Of a stretch of DNA of 64,000 nucleotides, positions 1 through 12,072 are shown in pieces. Source of the DNA: Octopus sinensis (lineage: Eukaryota); the NCBI RefSeq assembly GCF_006345805.1, contig NC_043004.1, positions 11,346,001 to 11,410,000 on the forward strand, written 5' to 3'. Every line of letters begins with the position of its first letter. The first letter of the stretch is position 1. A program made the position numbers and the translations under genes. A model generated the notes under the pieces. That model did no database searches, was not told the DNA's origin, and saw only the letters and a program-made list of their open reading frames with translations.

Positions 1-85
1 GGAAGAAACATTTTGTAAACTATAACATCCAACGCTCAAGCGACTCTCCAAATTCATTATGTTACTTCACTAATGCCACATCTGT

Positions 86-440
86 GAAAGCACGCCGGCC
101 CAGTGGTTAAGGCAGCGGACTCGCAATTTCGATTCCCAAACCGAGCGTTGTGAGTGTTTATTGAGTGAAAACACCTAAAGCTCCACGAGACTCCGGCAGG
201 TGGCGGTGGCGATCCCTATTGTACTCTTTCGCCATAACTTTCTCCCACTGTTTCTGCTGTACCTGAATTTCAAAGGGGCCAGCCTTGATACGTTCTGTGT
301 CACGCTGAATCTCCCCGAGAACTACGTTAAGAGTACACCTCTCTATGGAGTGCTCAGCCACCTGCACGTTAATTTCGCGAGCAGGCTGTTCCATTGATCG
401 GATCAACTGGAACCCTCGTCGTCGTAACCGAAGGAGCCCA
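86..440 (+). mobile_element. tRNA-derived SINE, head C + tail 2
   Basis: A-box-like GGCCCAGTGGTTAAGGCAGCGGACTCGC and B-box-like TTTCGATTCCC. The head matches copies at 27.3-27.56 kb (-) and 62033 (+). The tail (GAATCTCCCCGAGAACTAC...GCTGTTCCATTGATCGG) matches the tail of the 44.56-44.85 kb copy. Confidence 0.85.
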
Positions 441-1136
441 CGATGAATGTTACATGTGTTACTATGATACTGCTTATTATTCATTATACTTAAGCAACTA
501 TCATATATAGTATTTTTTCTTAAGCTTAATTATTCATGCACATTGTTTAAATATTTTTTTTATCACCCAGTACTGTAACTATCATGTTATTTAACTCAAG
601 TTATTTCTCAACATTAAACAAGTAAGCCAATACTGTTGTTGACGTTGATGTTATTGTTGTTGTTGTTGTTTTTGTTGCTGTTGTTGTTGATTAACCCCAG
701 AGCAGCTCTATCGACTAGATCTATAACCAGATATATTCCGACAGTGATAGTATCATCCAATTTTCAGACATAACGTATCTACCACATCAAATATTTAAAA
801 AGTCTCCGCCGTTGATATTCTGCCTCTTTCAGCTCTGATAAACGTGAATTATGATGAAAGCTGTTTCCAGCTCTGAAACTCTTGCCTTTATCAGGAGTCT
901 ACAGGTATATCTTATAAAAGTGAGCTGTTTGAAGATAGTAACGTGTGAATTAAGGGTGGCTTTTGAGTCTATTTCTGTCAGATCAAGCGAATACATAAAG
1001 GCTTTCACGTTTTCATATATTCAGCCCCGGTAGCTATAATAGAAAATTGGTGAATTGGTAATCAACTGATCAAAACCGAGTCGGCGAATAGGCTTTGTTC
1101 ATGAACCTTCAACTTGGTATAAATCGATGGACATAT

Positions 1137-1545
1137 AGGTGTAGGAGTGACTGTGTGGTAAGTAGCATGCTTACCAACCACATGGTTCAGGGTTCAGCCC
1201 TACTGCGTGGCACTTTGGGCAAGTGTCTTCTACTATAGCCTCGGGCCGACCAAAGCCTTGTGAGTGGATTCGGTAGATGGAAACTGAAAGAAGCCCGCCG
1301 TATATATGTATATGTACATATATGTGTGTGTGTGTGTGTGTGTGTTTGTCCCCCACCAACATCGCATGACAACCGATGCTGGTGTGTTTACGTCCCTGTA
1401 ACTTAGCAGGTCGGAAAAAGACACCGATAGGATAAGTCCTAGGCTTACAAAGAATAAGTCCTGGGGTCGATTTGCTCGACTAAAAGGCGGTGCTCCAGCA
1501 TGGCCACAGTCAAATGGCTGAAACAAGTAATAGAGTAAAGAGTAT
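1137..1545 (+). mobile_element. SINE family A, full length (tRNA-like head, internal (TA)/(TG) microsatellite, body, LINE-like tail)
   Basis: Head GTAGGAGTGACTGTGTGGTAAG...GGTTCAG, CORE-like CTTTGGGCAAGTG, microsatellite at ~1303-1345, tail GGCGGTGCTCCAGCATGGCCACAGTCAAATGGCTGAAACA. About 12 related copies occur in the window. Confidence 0.9.
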
Positions 1546-2487
1546 ATTACAACCTATTGTTTTAAAAAAATGTAGTGACGCATTCGATAATGCAGTCCGC
1601 GATAAAACAACATTCAAATGGACGACTGGATGGTCACGGCCAGAATGTCTTTCAACATCGTTCTTCTACATAATGACTGACCTGGTACTAAACCATAGCA
1701 ATAAAAACAATTGATCCCATTAGTTACATCTTTGTCATGTAATAGTTTTCGCATTCTCGCATTGAAAAATTCTAACAATAGAACCGCTTCCTTTCACTGC
1801 TGCTGATTTTGCTGTTCATGGAAGCTTATTTGCAAATATATATGACCATTGTGTCTCTCCACATCGCTCTTTCAGAAATATTTTCTAAATATATTTCTGA
1901 ATATTTGACATTATATTCAATTTTATTTGTGTATATTATCTTCTCTAACTGATCTTCACATACACTGAGAAATCATTCCTAATTGTCTAATTGTCATGTT
2001 TGCCATTGCCATTCTCCTAAAATAACCGTCGTTGGAATAACTAATTATATTAATAGTTATATCTTGTAAATCTTTTATGACGGATTCTAACAGTTTTCTG
2101 TGGCTTTCCTTCTCGCATAACTAATGCGGTTTTTAAGTTTAAATTACCTGTGTATTAACAGGATATTGTTTCAATGTTGTAAAAATGTTATAAATATATC
2201 TATAGACTTGTATCCAACATTTTAGGTATGGACAGATATAAAGAAAGCTTTGTCTTCATATACAATGAATTGGTGAACGAAGCGTCAGATTGGGTTCAAT
2301 CCTGTTTTAGAAGTTCACCCTCAACTGATGACTTTCTTTAACTGTTTAGAAAGACTGCTCATTAACTTACATATCTAAAGGTAAAGCAAATCAGATAAAC
2401 GAAATATTAGATATAAGAATGTTAGTTCGAGCTTTATTTATTTTTCAATGGTATACAGTATCGCAGAATGTATCTATAGATATGTAG

Positions 2488-2906
2488 AAGGCGGCGAGTT
2501 GGCAGAATCGTTAACACGCCGGACGAAATGCTTAGTGGTATTTCGTCTGCCGTTACGTTCTCAGTTCAAATTCCGCCGAGGTCGACTTTGCCTTTCATCC
2601 TTTCGGGGTCGATTAAATAAGTACCAGTTATGCACTGGGGTCGATATAATCGACTTAATCCGTGTGTCTGTCCTTGTTTGTCCTCTCTGTGTTTAGCCCC
2701 TTGAGGGAAGTAAAGAAATAGGTATTTCGTCTGCCGCTACGTTCTGAGTTCAAATTCCGCCGAGGTCGACTTTGCCTTTCATCCTTTCGAGGTCGATAAA
2801 TTAAGTACAAGTTACGCACTGGGGTCGATGTTATTGATTTAATACCTTTGTCCTTGTTTTACCCCTCTATGTTTAGCCCCTTGTGGACAATAAAGAAATA
2901 AGAACA
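2488..2906 (+). mobile_element. SINE family B, dimer (head + two 184-bp units)
   Basis: A-box TGGCAGAATCG and B-box GTTCAAATTCC. The unit restarts at GGTATTTCGTC (TATTTC at 2539 and 2723). A 17-bp TSD, TATCTATAGATATGTAG, lies at 2471-2487 and 2907-2923. Confidence 0.9.
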
Positions 2907-5307
2907 TATCTATAGATATGTAGCCAAAAGTAAATATAGAATGTTGTAGATATCTTGTTTTCTAGAGAGTACCATCGTGTACAAAAAATAAAATGGATCA
3001 AAGAGATTGGTTTCAATTTTGAGTTAGGGGATGATAAGGTCCTGAGTGCTCTTTTCTATTATCTAGAAAGATATGGCTTAAGAAATAAAACTCTTACTAT
3101 TTCTTTGGTGTTAGATAAATCGGACACACTGTTCCACATCCTTATCAGATATTTCGACTAATAAATATGATTATTGATATGGTAATATTTTCCCTCAGCA
3201 CTATACAGAACCACATAATAATTCTGTAATTATAAATCGATGAAGTTGAGTGGGACTTCGAAATTCGTCTATCGGTTTGTTCAACTACTGTTTGAGGAAA
3301 TCCATAGGCTAAACTCTCTGTATAAAGTCACCCCATCCATATATGTTCCGTTCTTACACTCAAGCTTGTTTTAAAGTAATAACCTTATTTTAAGAGTTAC
3401 AAATACAACCGTGCAGGCTTGTCTGTATTTTTCTGTACAGGAATATATTTTATTTACAGCCCAGGTGTTTACACTGATCTCTCCATATAGTCTCGCTTGA
3501 TAATCGATATCTGTATTCTGTAGAACGGAGAAGAATTGAAACAAAACACTCCTAATGCAATAATAATGTATTTATCATACTAGCTGCCAAAAAAACTGGT
3601 GTATTCAATGTACCCAGGTCCTTAGTAATGGTGGATTTATAAGCTAACTTTGAGGGAGTTATGAGTCACTAATGAAATACCAGCATAAGTTTGAATCTAG
3701 AACGATTAATCTCTCATTTTCCTCACTGCAAAGATATCGTATATAAAGCCAAGGTGTTTACATCTGTCTAAAAGAATGTTGCTTAAAAAAATCTATAGAT
3801 AAAATACGTAGTACAGTATAGCTTTTAATATAACATCATTTCCAATCCTCTAAATTGTTTTCATGATATTGTGCTCGCTATTTCTTCTTTGATCTAAGCT
3901 AGTAAATATTTCTCTCTTTTATACTAAGTGAAAAGAAACCTGCCGAGCGATTTTGCAGTGATTCTTTTTTATAGTTTTTTTTTTTTGTTTTTGCTTTTTT
4001 CCCAGAGTTCACAAGATTACTTTCCATGCACAATTTATTGTTTCCCAATAATACTGCGAAGGTTTATTGCTAAACTTCACTTTGTGTTCAATATTGAGAC
4101 GGAATAGCTTTGTTCCTTTTTAATGGAACAAATATTCTTCTTAATTTCCTCTTTTCCTAGCAGTTCATTCTTCTTTCTCATTTTTCTATTTAAAAAATAC
4201 AATGACCACTCTCACTTTTCTTTCAATGCATAAATATTTCATTGCATATATCTTTTTGCACAAACACTCGCTCGTAACAACCAAGGTGGTCATATTATAT
4301 AATGTCTCTCTAAAAAAGCAGACAACGTGCCTATCTTAACCGAATTTCTGTTCAGAAATTCGTCTTTATATGATGTATATCTTCTTTCACAGCTCTCTTT
4401 TTTTTTAATGACGCTATTGATGGAAGAAAGGGAATGTTATAGGCTTTTCAAGAATTTTGTCTGTTAGGCAAAAAAGAGAAATTTATCTCTAGACCAAGAA
4501 CATGTCTTGAATAATTGCCATAGAATGGACAGTGATAAAAACACCTATGTGTCGGACGTTGCAGTTAAACCGAGTAACAAATTAATACTACCCCTGGTTC
4601 AGCTAGTTAGGAGATTTACAGAAACCAAGTAAGGCAAAACAAACACATGGCAAAACGGTGGATGAACTTCAGGTATTGCCGACGAACATCTGTTAATAAT
4701 CCGGGGTGTTAGAAATTCAGTGATGCTTCCTGTGAGACCACTGGGAGTGAGGTACGTATTAATCTTTTTGTACGTATATCTCTTAGAGAAGGTACTCGTC
4801 TATCCACAGCTACAATGCTTGCATAGCTGAGTGGGTGGTCTGTGTACGGTTGTCTTGGATGGTAGCTAAACTTGGAGAAGCAATCCGAGCATAAACCCTC
4901 CCTATCTACCAATGCCTACAAAGAGGAGCAGGCTAAACAGAGGCCGGCCTTTCCGACTCTAGTAATCTCTTATAGAGCATAACGGTCCAAAACTTTGTTG
5001 CATGTGAGTTTCTGAATTTCAGTCGCGATCTAAGAATATAATTCTAGAAGTGCAACGGCATTTTCGAGTGGCCACCATACAAGTCGCATCTACCAACAGT
5101 CACTCGCGGTCGATCGAGGGCTGTATGAGAGGAGAATGCACCAAGGCGTCGCACAGTGGTTTCGAACGTTCTTGCAAAGCATGGTTGTGAACTATTTAGA
5201 CATTCTTCTTAATTCTACATGAAATCTCATCATTACTTCAACTTGAAAGACAGACATGATATTTTAAACACATTTATGTATTTCTCTTCTATATCTTGGA
5301 ATTAGTT

Positions 5308-5565
5308 GCGAAACGGCGAATCCGAAGAGTCATTAGAGCAACGAGTGATAATATCCGTCGATATTTGTTCTTCAAACGCGGTGATCTTGCAGAACCGTTA
5401 GCGCGCCCGGCAAAGTGCTCATCCGCATTTCCTCCATCTTTACGTTCTATTCCGTCAAGATTAGCTTGGCCTTCCATCCTTTCGGGTTGATAGAATAAAT
5501 ACCAGTTGAGCACTAGGTTGATGTAATCGATTTACCCTCTTCGTCAAAATCGGAAACCAATATTT
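5308..5565 (+). mobile_element. SINE family B, degenerate copy
   Basis: Diverged head (CTTGCAGAACCGTTAGCGCGCCCGGC) and central motif GCCTTCCATCCTTTCGGGTTGATAGAATAAATACCAG. Confidence 0.7.
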
Positions 5566-7898
5566 GTTCTTTCATATTTATTGTCTATGTTTTACCACTT
5601 TAATTTATACTTCATTTCGAATTGATCTTCTACTTCTTCAATCCACATAATGTCACTTCTGAAATTAACAGAAATGTCTTAGATAACAATTCGACACTCG
5701 ATGCCTATTTCTGGATTTGATTGTAAGATCAAAGTCTTCATCGATCAAGTTTCTGAAGCATTGAGTTTTCTTAGGTGAAAATATTCGATTCTCTTCACAT
5801 GCGCATTTTCTGCACTCATATTTCTCAATTCGTTTGGCTTTTGTAATAAAACATGTCTTTGTTTCGTCCCCCATAGGTTGATCAATGCACCTTTAATCTG
5901 TACATCATGTCTAGTATACTATTTTGTCTTTTAATGGTGTTTTGCAACGTTAAAAAAATGAAAATGACGAGCTTTTAAAGACTTCATGCTGAGTCTGGCA
6001 TCTCAAAATTTACTCCTAGTTAGCATAGAAATAGCTAAATGAAAGACACGCTTTTGTTTTCATCAGTTACAATATTTTAAAGAAGAGTCGGTCATCCATA
6101 AGTTGTTAATAAATCTCTCAATATACAAGAAATGGCTAATTTTTCAGGCAGAAATAGGAAGACAAGTATGACAGAAACGTATTAAGCGAGGCGCAAGAAA
6201 TGTTAGTGAACAGCGAAATCTACTCATTCCAGAATCTTATCATAACCAATAATAAAAGGCGGCAAAATTGACAGAGTCATTAGAGCGTTAAATGAGATGT
6301 TTCAAGGTACTTGTTTCGACTCACATCGTTATGAGTTCAGGTTAGCATTGCCACGTTCCGAGGTCGACGAATAGAAGTACCAACCCAAAGCGGTATACTT
6401 GCAGTATTGTTAGAATGTCAGACGGTAAATGTTGGGATAGCGGTTCTGGTAAGTTGTCGCTAATAAATGGTTTCTCCTACGAGTTTTACTGCTGAATGTC
6501 AGACTTGTTTGTGTCTGTTTTGACAGCTGCGTATAGCAGACGTCTGTAGACTAAGATCACTTAGAGTAGTGAAGTGAGCTAAAGTCTGGCGAAATGGTTT
6601 AGAACACCAAAAAGTTTCTGTACTTAGATGTTTCATTGCTTTTAACTCTACTAAATGGAAATGTAATTAAAGACAATCGTAAAGGTGTTAGCCCTTAACC
6701 TGACAGTTGCCTGTTGCTCAAACAGGTACCATTATAGGCAGATTTCTCACCTACAAGCCCCAACTCGTAATATATCTTAGATAGGATTTCGCACTAGATC
6801 TAGCATGATCAGTTTAAAGCATGCAGCAGGTCAACTTTTGCCCTCCTTCAGCTCTCCAGTTTTATTCATGACTTCAATCTTTGTATCTCTACAATCAAGA
6901 GCTGCAACTGGTCAGGAGTTAAGCTAAACAATAAGAACCATTTTGTATTACATACATGTTTCACTGATGATGTCCCTTTTCATATCTTAAGTTTGTTGTG
7001 GCCCCGAAGCCTTTCCTTCGGAGGATGGACATGTTGAAAAGAATCCCACTAGAACTGAGATATAGAAAAGCTATGAAAGTACATGCCAATGGCCGGAGAC
7101 AGTGGTACTTATGACGGTCAGAACTACTTTGAAAACCAGCGGTAGATAGTATGAACATTTTAAACCGGAACCAGTCAATATACCTGAAATTATTATCTGA
7201 TGAAGAAACTCTACCGAGATAGTGGATTCTGCCACTGGGTCGAGAGTCTGGATGAGTTTCTGGGATCTGATTCAGAGCAGACCTCCAAGTGAACACAAAC
7301 TCAGAAGTGGTCGCGTGTTGTTACCCCTCTCACTTAGAAATGAGCAGAGAGAAAGACGCTCCTGGAAGTTCAGAAAAGAATCTATTATTTTTGATATTGC
7401 TTTAGTAGGGTTCAAATGTCTAACTGAATTGCATTTTTCTACGAAAATTTAAGGCTGTTAGATATTATTCTCATACGTTTGTTCTTGAGAGAAAGATGGT
7501 GCTGACGGCCCAATTTATCTGCTGTTTATGACAATTACAAAGGACTCTGAAGATACCGAAGTTGCGACGAACATCTGCAAAAATTTCAGGATAAAGACGA
7601 TAATGAACATGGAAGTTAACTTTTGTACTTGTCTTTTTGCCCATGTTCCAATCCTGGATTAAGTATGGACCTAGGTTGAGCCTTTATCATATGAAATATT
7701 TCGAGACACTCACTGTGCTCTACAGCTTGTACAATCTGGCCGGTTAAATGACTGACATATTCTGTTGATAATGAGATGGATGGACATGATGATCTCCTCC
7801 AAATATTTCTGAACGTTGATGCGAGTATATTTGAATATCTGATTTGGAGGATTTTCAGGTCGACTGTTTTCTGAACGTTCTCGGTCAGAGAAACACAC

Positions 7899-7928
7899 AT
7901 AATAATAATAATGATAATAATAATAATA

Positions 7929-7973
<45 letters not shown>

Positions 7974-7975
7974 TA
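7899..7975 (+). repeat. (AAT)n microsatellite at the 5' junction of Dong-like copy A
   Basis: Direct reading of tandem AAT. Confidence 0.95.
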
Positions 7976-9320
7976 ATGGCGGAGAAAACATATGCATTCA
8001 TGGAGAAGAACGATATTTTCCCCATTGAACAAAAAGGGTGCCGCCGAGGCTCTTACGGATGCAAAGATCAACTGCTAATCAATCGTATTTTCCTTGAGAA
8101 CTGTCACAACAAGCGCAGAAATCTCAGCACCGCATGGATTGACTATAAAAAGGCCTTCAACAGTATATCGCATCCATGGATCTTGAGATCGCTGGACATC
8201 TTCAAAATTTCCCCTGTGATTTCAAACTTCCTGAAGCACAATATGTCGTTGTGGAATACGAATCTCCAATTATACCACTCTAATGGAGTACTTGCCTCAG
8301 AAAATATAAACATCAACTGTGGAATTTTTCAAGGTGACTCACTTTCACCTTTAATATTCTGCATAGCCCTAATACCCCTTACAAGTGAATTAAACAGAAC
8401 AGGGTATGGGTATAAAATTGCCAATAAAAAAATAAGCCATCTATTTTATATGGATGACTTAAAACTTTATGGTAAAGACAATAATGAACTTGAAGGCCTA
8501 TTGCGCACCGTGAAAGCATTCAGCGATGACATCGGGATGGAGTTTGGACTTGAGAAGTGTGCCAAGGCCACTTTCCAGAAAGGGAAAGTGAAGACCACAA
8601 ATTCAGTCATGTTAGATGTTGACACAGTCATAAGAGAGCTGAGCAAGAACAAACATACAAATATTTAGGGATAAATGAAGGCTCTGGTATTCAGCATGCA
8701 AGCATGAAAGAGAAGATCAGGAAGTAAAGTAATGTTATAGGAGAGTTCGTGCAGTCCTGAAATCTGAACTAAATGCACGTAACAAGGTGTTAGCTATAAA
8801 TTCCTTAGCAGTTCCAGTTGTTACTTATAGCTACAATGTGTTGAACTGGAATATGAGTGAAGTAAAGAATATAGATAGGAAAATACGCAAGCTGCTGAGT
8901 TGTAATAGGATGCACCACCCAAAGGCAGACGTAGATCGCCTTTACCTTCCCAGAGCCCAAGGAGGTCGAGGCCTGATCCAATTTGAACTAGCTTACAAAA
9001 CAACCACAATTGGACTGGCCAAATATCTCGAAATATCGAATGACTGGATGCTAAAGCTCGTGGAAAATCACGAGAGACGAAAGAAGCTTCTTCTATCATA
9101 AAGGAAAGCAAAAAATTTGCTATTGATCTCGTGCAGGATACCCAAACTGAACAACCCGAGGGAAGTACGGCAACTATTGTTGCAAAGAAGGTGAAAATGA
9201 TGGCAATGAAAAAAGCGCACGAGCAATTGGCTGATAGGTGGAGGAGAAACCTCTGCACGGCAAATATGTGACCCGCAGCAAACAAGCTGATGTTGACCAG
9301 AAGCAAACCCATCAGTAGCT
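7973..9320 (+). mobile_element. R4/Dong-type non-LTR retrotransposon, copy A (5'- and 3'-truncated, frameshifted RT)
   Basis: RT motifs EQKGCRRGSYGCKDQL, WIDYKKAFNS, GIFQGDSLSPL and HLFYMDD in ORF 7844-8668 (the ORF start upstream is spurious and reads through the AAT array). Downstream MHHPKADVDRLYLPRAQGGRGL and ...KPLHGKY are typical of R4/Dong. Confidence 0.9.
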
Positions 9321-11581
9321 ACCAAGAACTGGGCAAAAATAAAATAGAAGTCACTGCAGCACCAACGGCAGAAGAATTGGAAGAATTCTGGAGAGAAATA
9401 TAGTCGGCGAACGAACCACCAAAAAAAAAGGAGTATCAAAATAACAAACTCGGCATCTGAACAACTTTGGACCCCCATAACAACTGAAGAGGTCACCCAG
9501 GCACTGCAAAGACTAAGCAACTGGAAGGCACCTGGGCATGACAAGATCCCCAACTTCTGGTTGAAATATCTAACAGGAATGCACAAAAAGTGGCTGCTGA
9601 AAACTTTAACAACGTACTAGCAGAGCCAGAGACAATGCCTGAATGGCTCACGAAGGAGAAAACCATCTTAATTCACAAATCAAATGAAACGGAGGAAAGC
9701 CAGAAAAACTACAGACCAATAACCTGCCTCCCTACTATGTTCCGGTATTTACTGCAGTGATATCACAAAGGCTGAACAAGCACCTGGACGAAAACAAACT
9801 GTTCCCAGAAGAGCAGAAAGGATGCCGCAAAGGCTCATATGGCTGTAAAGATCAACTAATGATTAATAAAGCCATAACTGAAGACAGCCACAGAAAAGAA
9901 GAAGGCCTCAGTATGGCCTGGATTGACTACAAAAAGGCGTTTGATAGCATCCCCCACACATGGATCCTCGAGACACTAGCCATTAACAAAGTAGCACCAA
10001 CAATCATAAAATTCATAGAGCACTCTATGAATAAATGGCAAACAGTCCTACACCTCCAAACAAAAGAGGGACTCATGAAAACCAAAGACATCCCCATTAG
10101 AAGAGGAATATTCCAGGGAGACACGCCCTCTCCACTCCTTTTCTGCTTGGCACTGTCACCTCTATCTGATATGCTAAATAGAACTGGATGCGGATATAAA
10201 TGTTACGGCAAAAACGATCAGCCACCTTTTATATATGGATGACCTAAAACTATATGCTGCAAATGACAAACAGCTGGAAACACTATTAAAGACAGTTCAT
10301 GGATTTACCAAGAGATAGATATGAAATTTGGATTAGAAAAATGCGCCAAAGTAACCATGAAAAGAGGAAAACTAGTTAAGAGTAACAACATCACACTAGA
10401 TAAAACCAATGAAATAAAATAATTAGACCAAAGCCAAACTTACAAATACTTAGGAATCCATGAACTAGATAAGACACAACACACACAAATGAAAGAGAAA
10501 ATAAAAAAGAATATTATAGACGAGTTAGCTCAATACTAAAAACAGAGCTCAATGCTAAAAACAAGATAATAGGTATCAACACTTAGCTGTCCCAGTTATA
10601 AGTTACGCTAACATACAATATCCTAACTGGACACGAAATGAATGACCAAAATAGATAGGAAAACAAGAAAAATAATGACAGGATCTAGGATGCATCACCC
10701 AAAATCTGACATAGAAAGACTATATATACAACGTATAGAAGGTGGTAGAGGCCTTCTACAGCTGGAAAACTACTATAAAATAACCACCATAGGACTGCAA
10801 AAATATCTACTTCAGAAGGAAGGAAAACTGATCCAGATAGCGGCCAAAAACACGATCAAAACAAAAAACTGCTCTCAGTATTTAAGGAAGCTGACAAATA
10901 CAAACAAGAAATCATACCACCTAATAACATAAAAGAAGAGAGAAGAAGAGAAAGATGAAGAAACAACAAAAGCTATAAAACAAATGAAATCCAAACTAAA
11001 AATAGAACAGCAACGAACCATGATAAAACGATGGCAAGAAAAGCCCCTTCATGGTAAATACTGGACTAAGCTAAATGCAAAAGAACACCAGAAAAGGTCA
11101 CAGAAAACGAGAAAGCAACCATACTCTGGTATATGCCGATACACACAGATAGAGAAATTAAGGCCAACAGACCATATATAGTTGTCAGAGACCATGAAGA
11201 AAAAAAATGCTTTCTAATTGATGTATCAATACCGGCTGATGACAACGTGTCTCTAAAAGAAATGGAGAAACTCTCAAAATACAAAGACCTGAAAATAGAG
11301 GTAACTAGAATGTGGAATCTGAAAACAAGAAACAATTCCTATCATAGTAGGTGCATAGGCATGATAAAAAAATATTCAGACAAATACATACACAAAAACA
11401 CAGGACTTACAAACACATATAACTACAGAAAATTGCACAAATAGGCACTGACACCATTCCTACGCAGAACACTTTCCATACAATAACCATCAGAGCATAA
11501 CAAACAAATCACAGCACATACCCAAGGCACACAGAACTGCGCTCGGTAGTGAAGTGAAAGCACGCTATAAAAATAAAACTA

Positions 11582-11585
<4 letters not shown>
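9321..11585 (+). mobile_element. R4/Dong-type retrotransposon, copy B (different subfamily from A; RT to RLE to 3' UTR; internal deletion)
   Basis: WKAPGHDKIPNFWLK, EEQKGCRKGSYGCKDQL, WIDYKKAFDS, GIFQGDT and YMDD (out of frame), plus RLE region NRPYIVV...LIDVS...EKLSKY. It lacks the ~0.3-kb cysteine-rich segment that copy C keeps at ~13110-13425. It ends in (AAT)n. Confidence 0.92.
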
Positions 11586-11633
<48 letters not shown>

Positions 11634-11668
11634 TAATAATAATAATAATAATAATGATAATAATAATT
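11586..11668 (+). repeat. (AAT)n array after Dong-like copy B
   Basis: Direct reading. Confidence 0.95.
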
Positions 11669-11985
11669 ACAACTATGATGATTTAAAGTGGGAAATACGA
11701 AGGTTGTGGACAACTATGACGATTTAAAGTGGGAAATACGGATAGTAGGTGTGATACCTATAGTAATTAGTGCACTTGGAAGTATCACCACTCAGATACC
11801 AGCATGGCTGAAAAAGATTGGTGCAAGTGTGAAGGTAGAACACCTACAAAAATCAGCATTGCTTTGAACTGCAAGAATTCTTCGTAGGGTTCTTGAAGCA
11901 TAACGAGTAAACAAGTGTCACCTTAGTCTGCTGTCTCTGGACAGCTGACGTTTTCCATCATACCCAGCAAAGTAAGCTGTGAAAT
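11669..11985 (+). mobile_element. R4/Dong-like 3' fragment D (third subfamily; RLE C-terminus + 3' UTR)
   Basis: Translates to YDDLKWEIR...VIPIVISALGSIT...LQKSALL*TARILRRVLEA*, homologous to the C-terminus of copies B/C (IPIIVGALG...IGTAHILRRTLS). A ~31-bp segment is duplicated at its 5' end (11669 and ~11710). Confidence 0.75.
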
Positions 11986-12072
11986 TTTATCACATGATAA
12001 TGATAATACTGATGCTGATGATAACAACAACAACAACGACAACAGCAACAACAACAATAATAATAATAATAA

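Noticed and set aside
2950-3900. Possible very old Penelope relic on the minus strand (fragments IYDIFAV, LYRK, AYGFPQ, KPYLS)
   Set aside because: The motifs are too short and degenerate to support without a profile search.
2320-7215. CTGATGA motifs at ~2325, ~6964 and ~7198 as hammerhead cores
   Set aside because: No helix II + GAAA + helix III/UH arrangement could be built around them.
4550-7870. Complex, GC-richer stretches at 4.55-4.95, 6.4-7.45 and 7.5-7.87 kb that look like decayed coding DNA
   Set aside because: All frames contain stops and I recognised no family motif. Probably old TE debris, so left unannotated.
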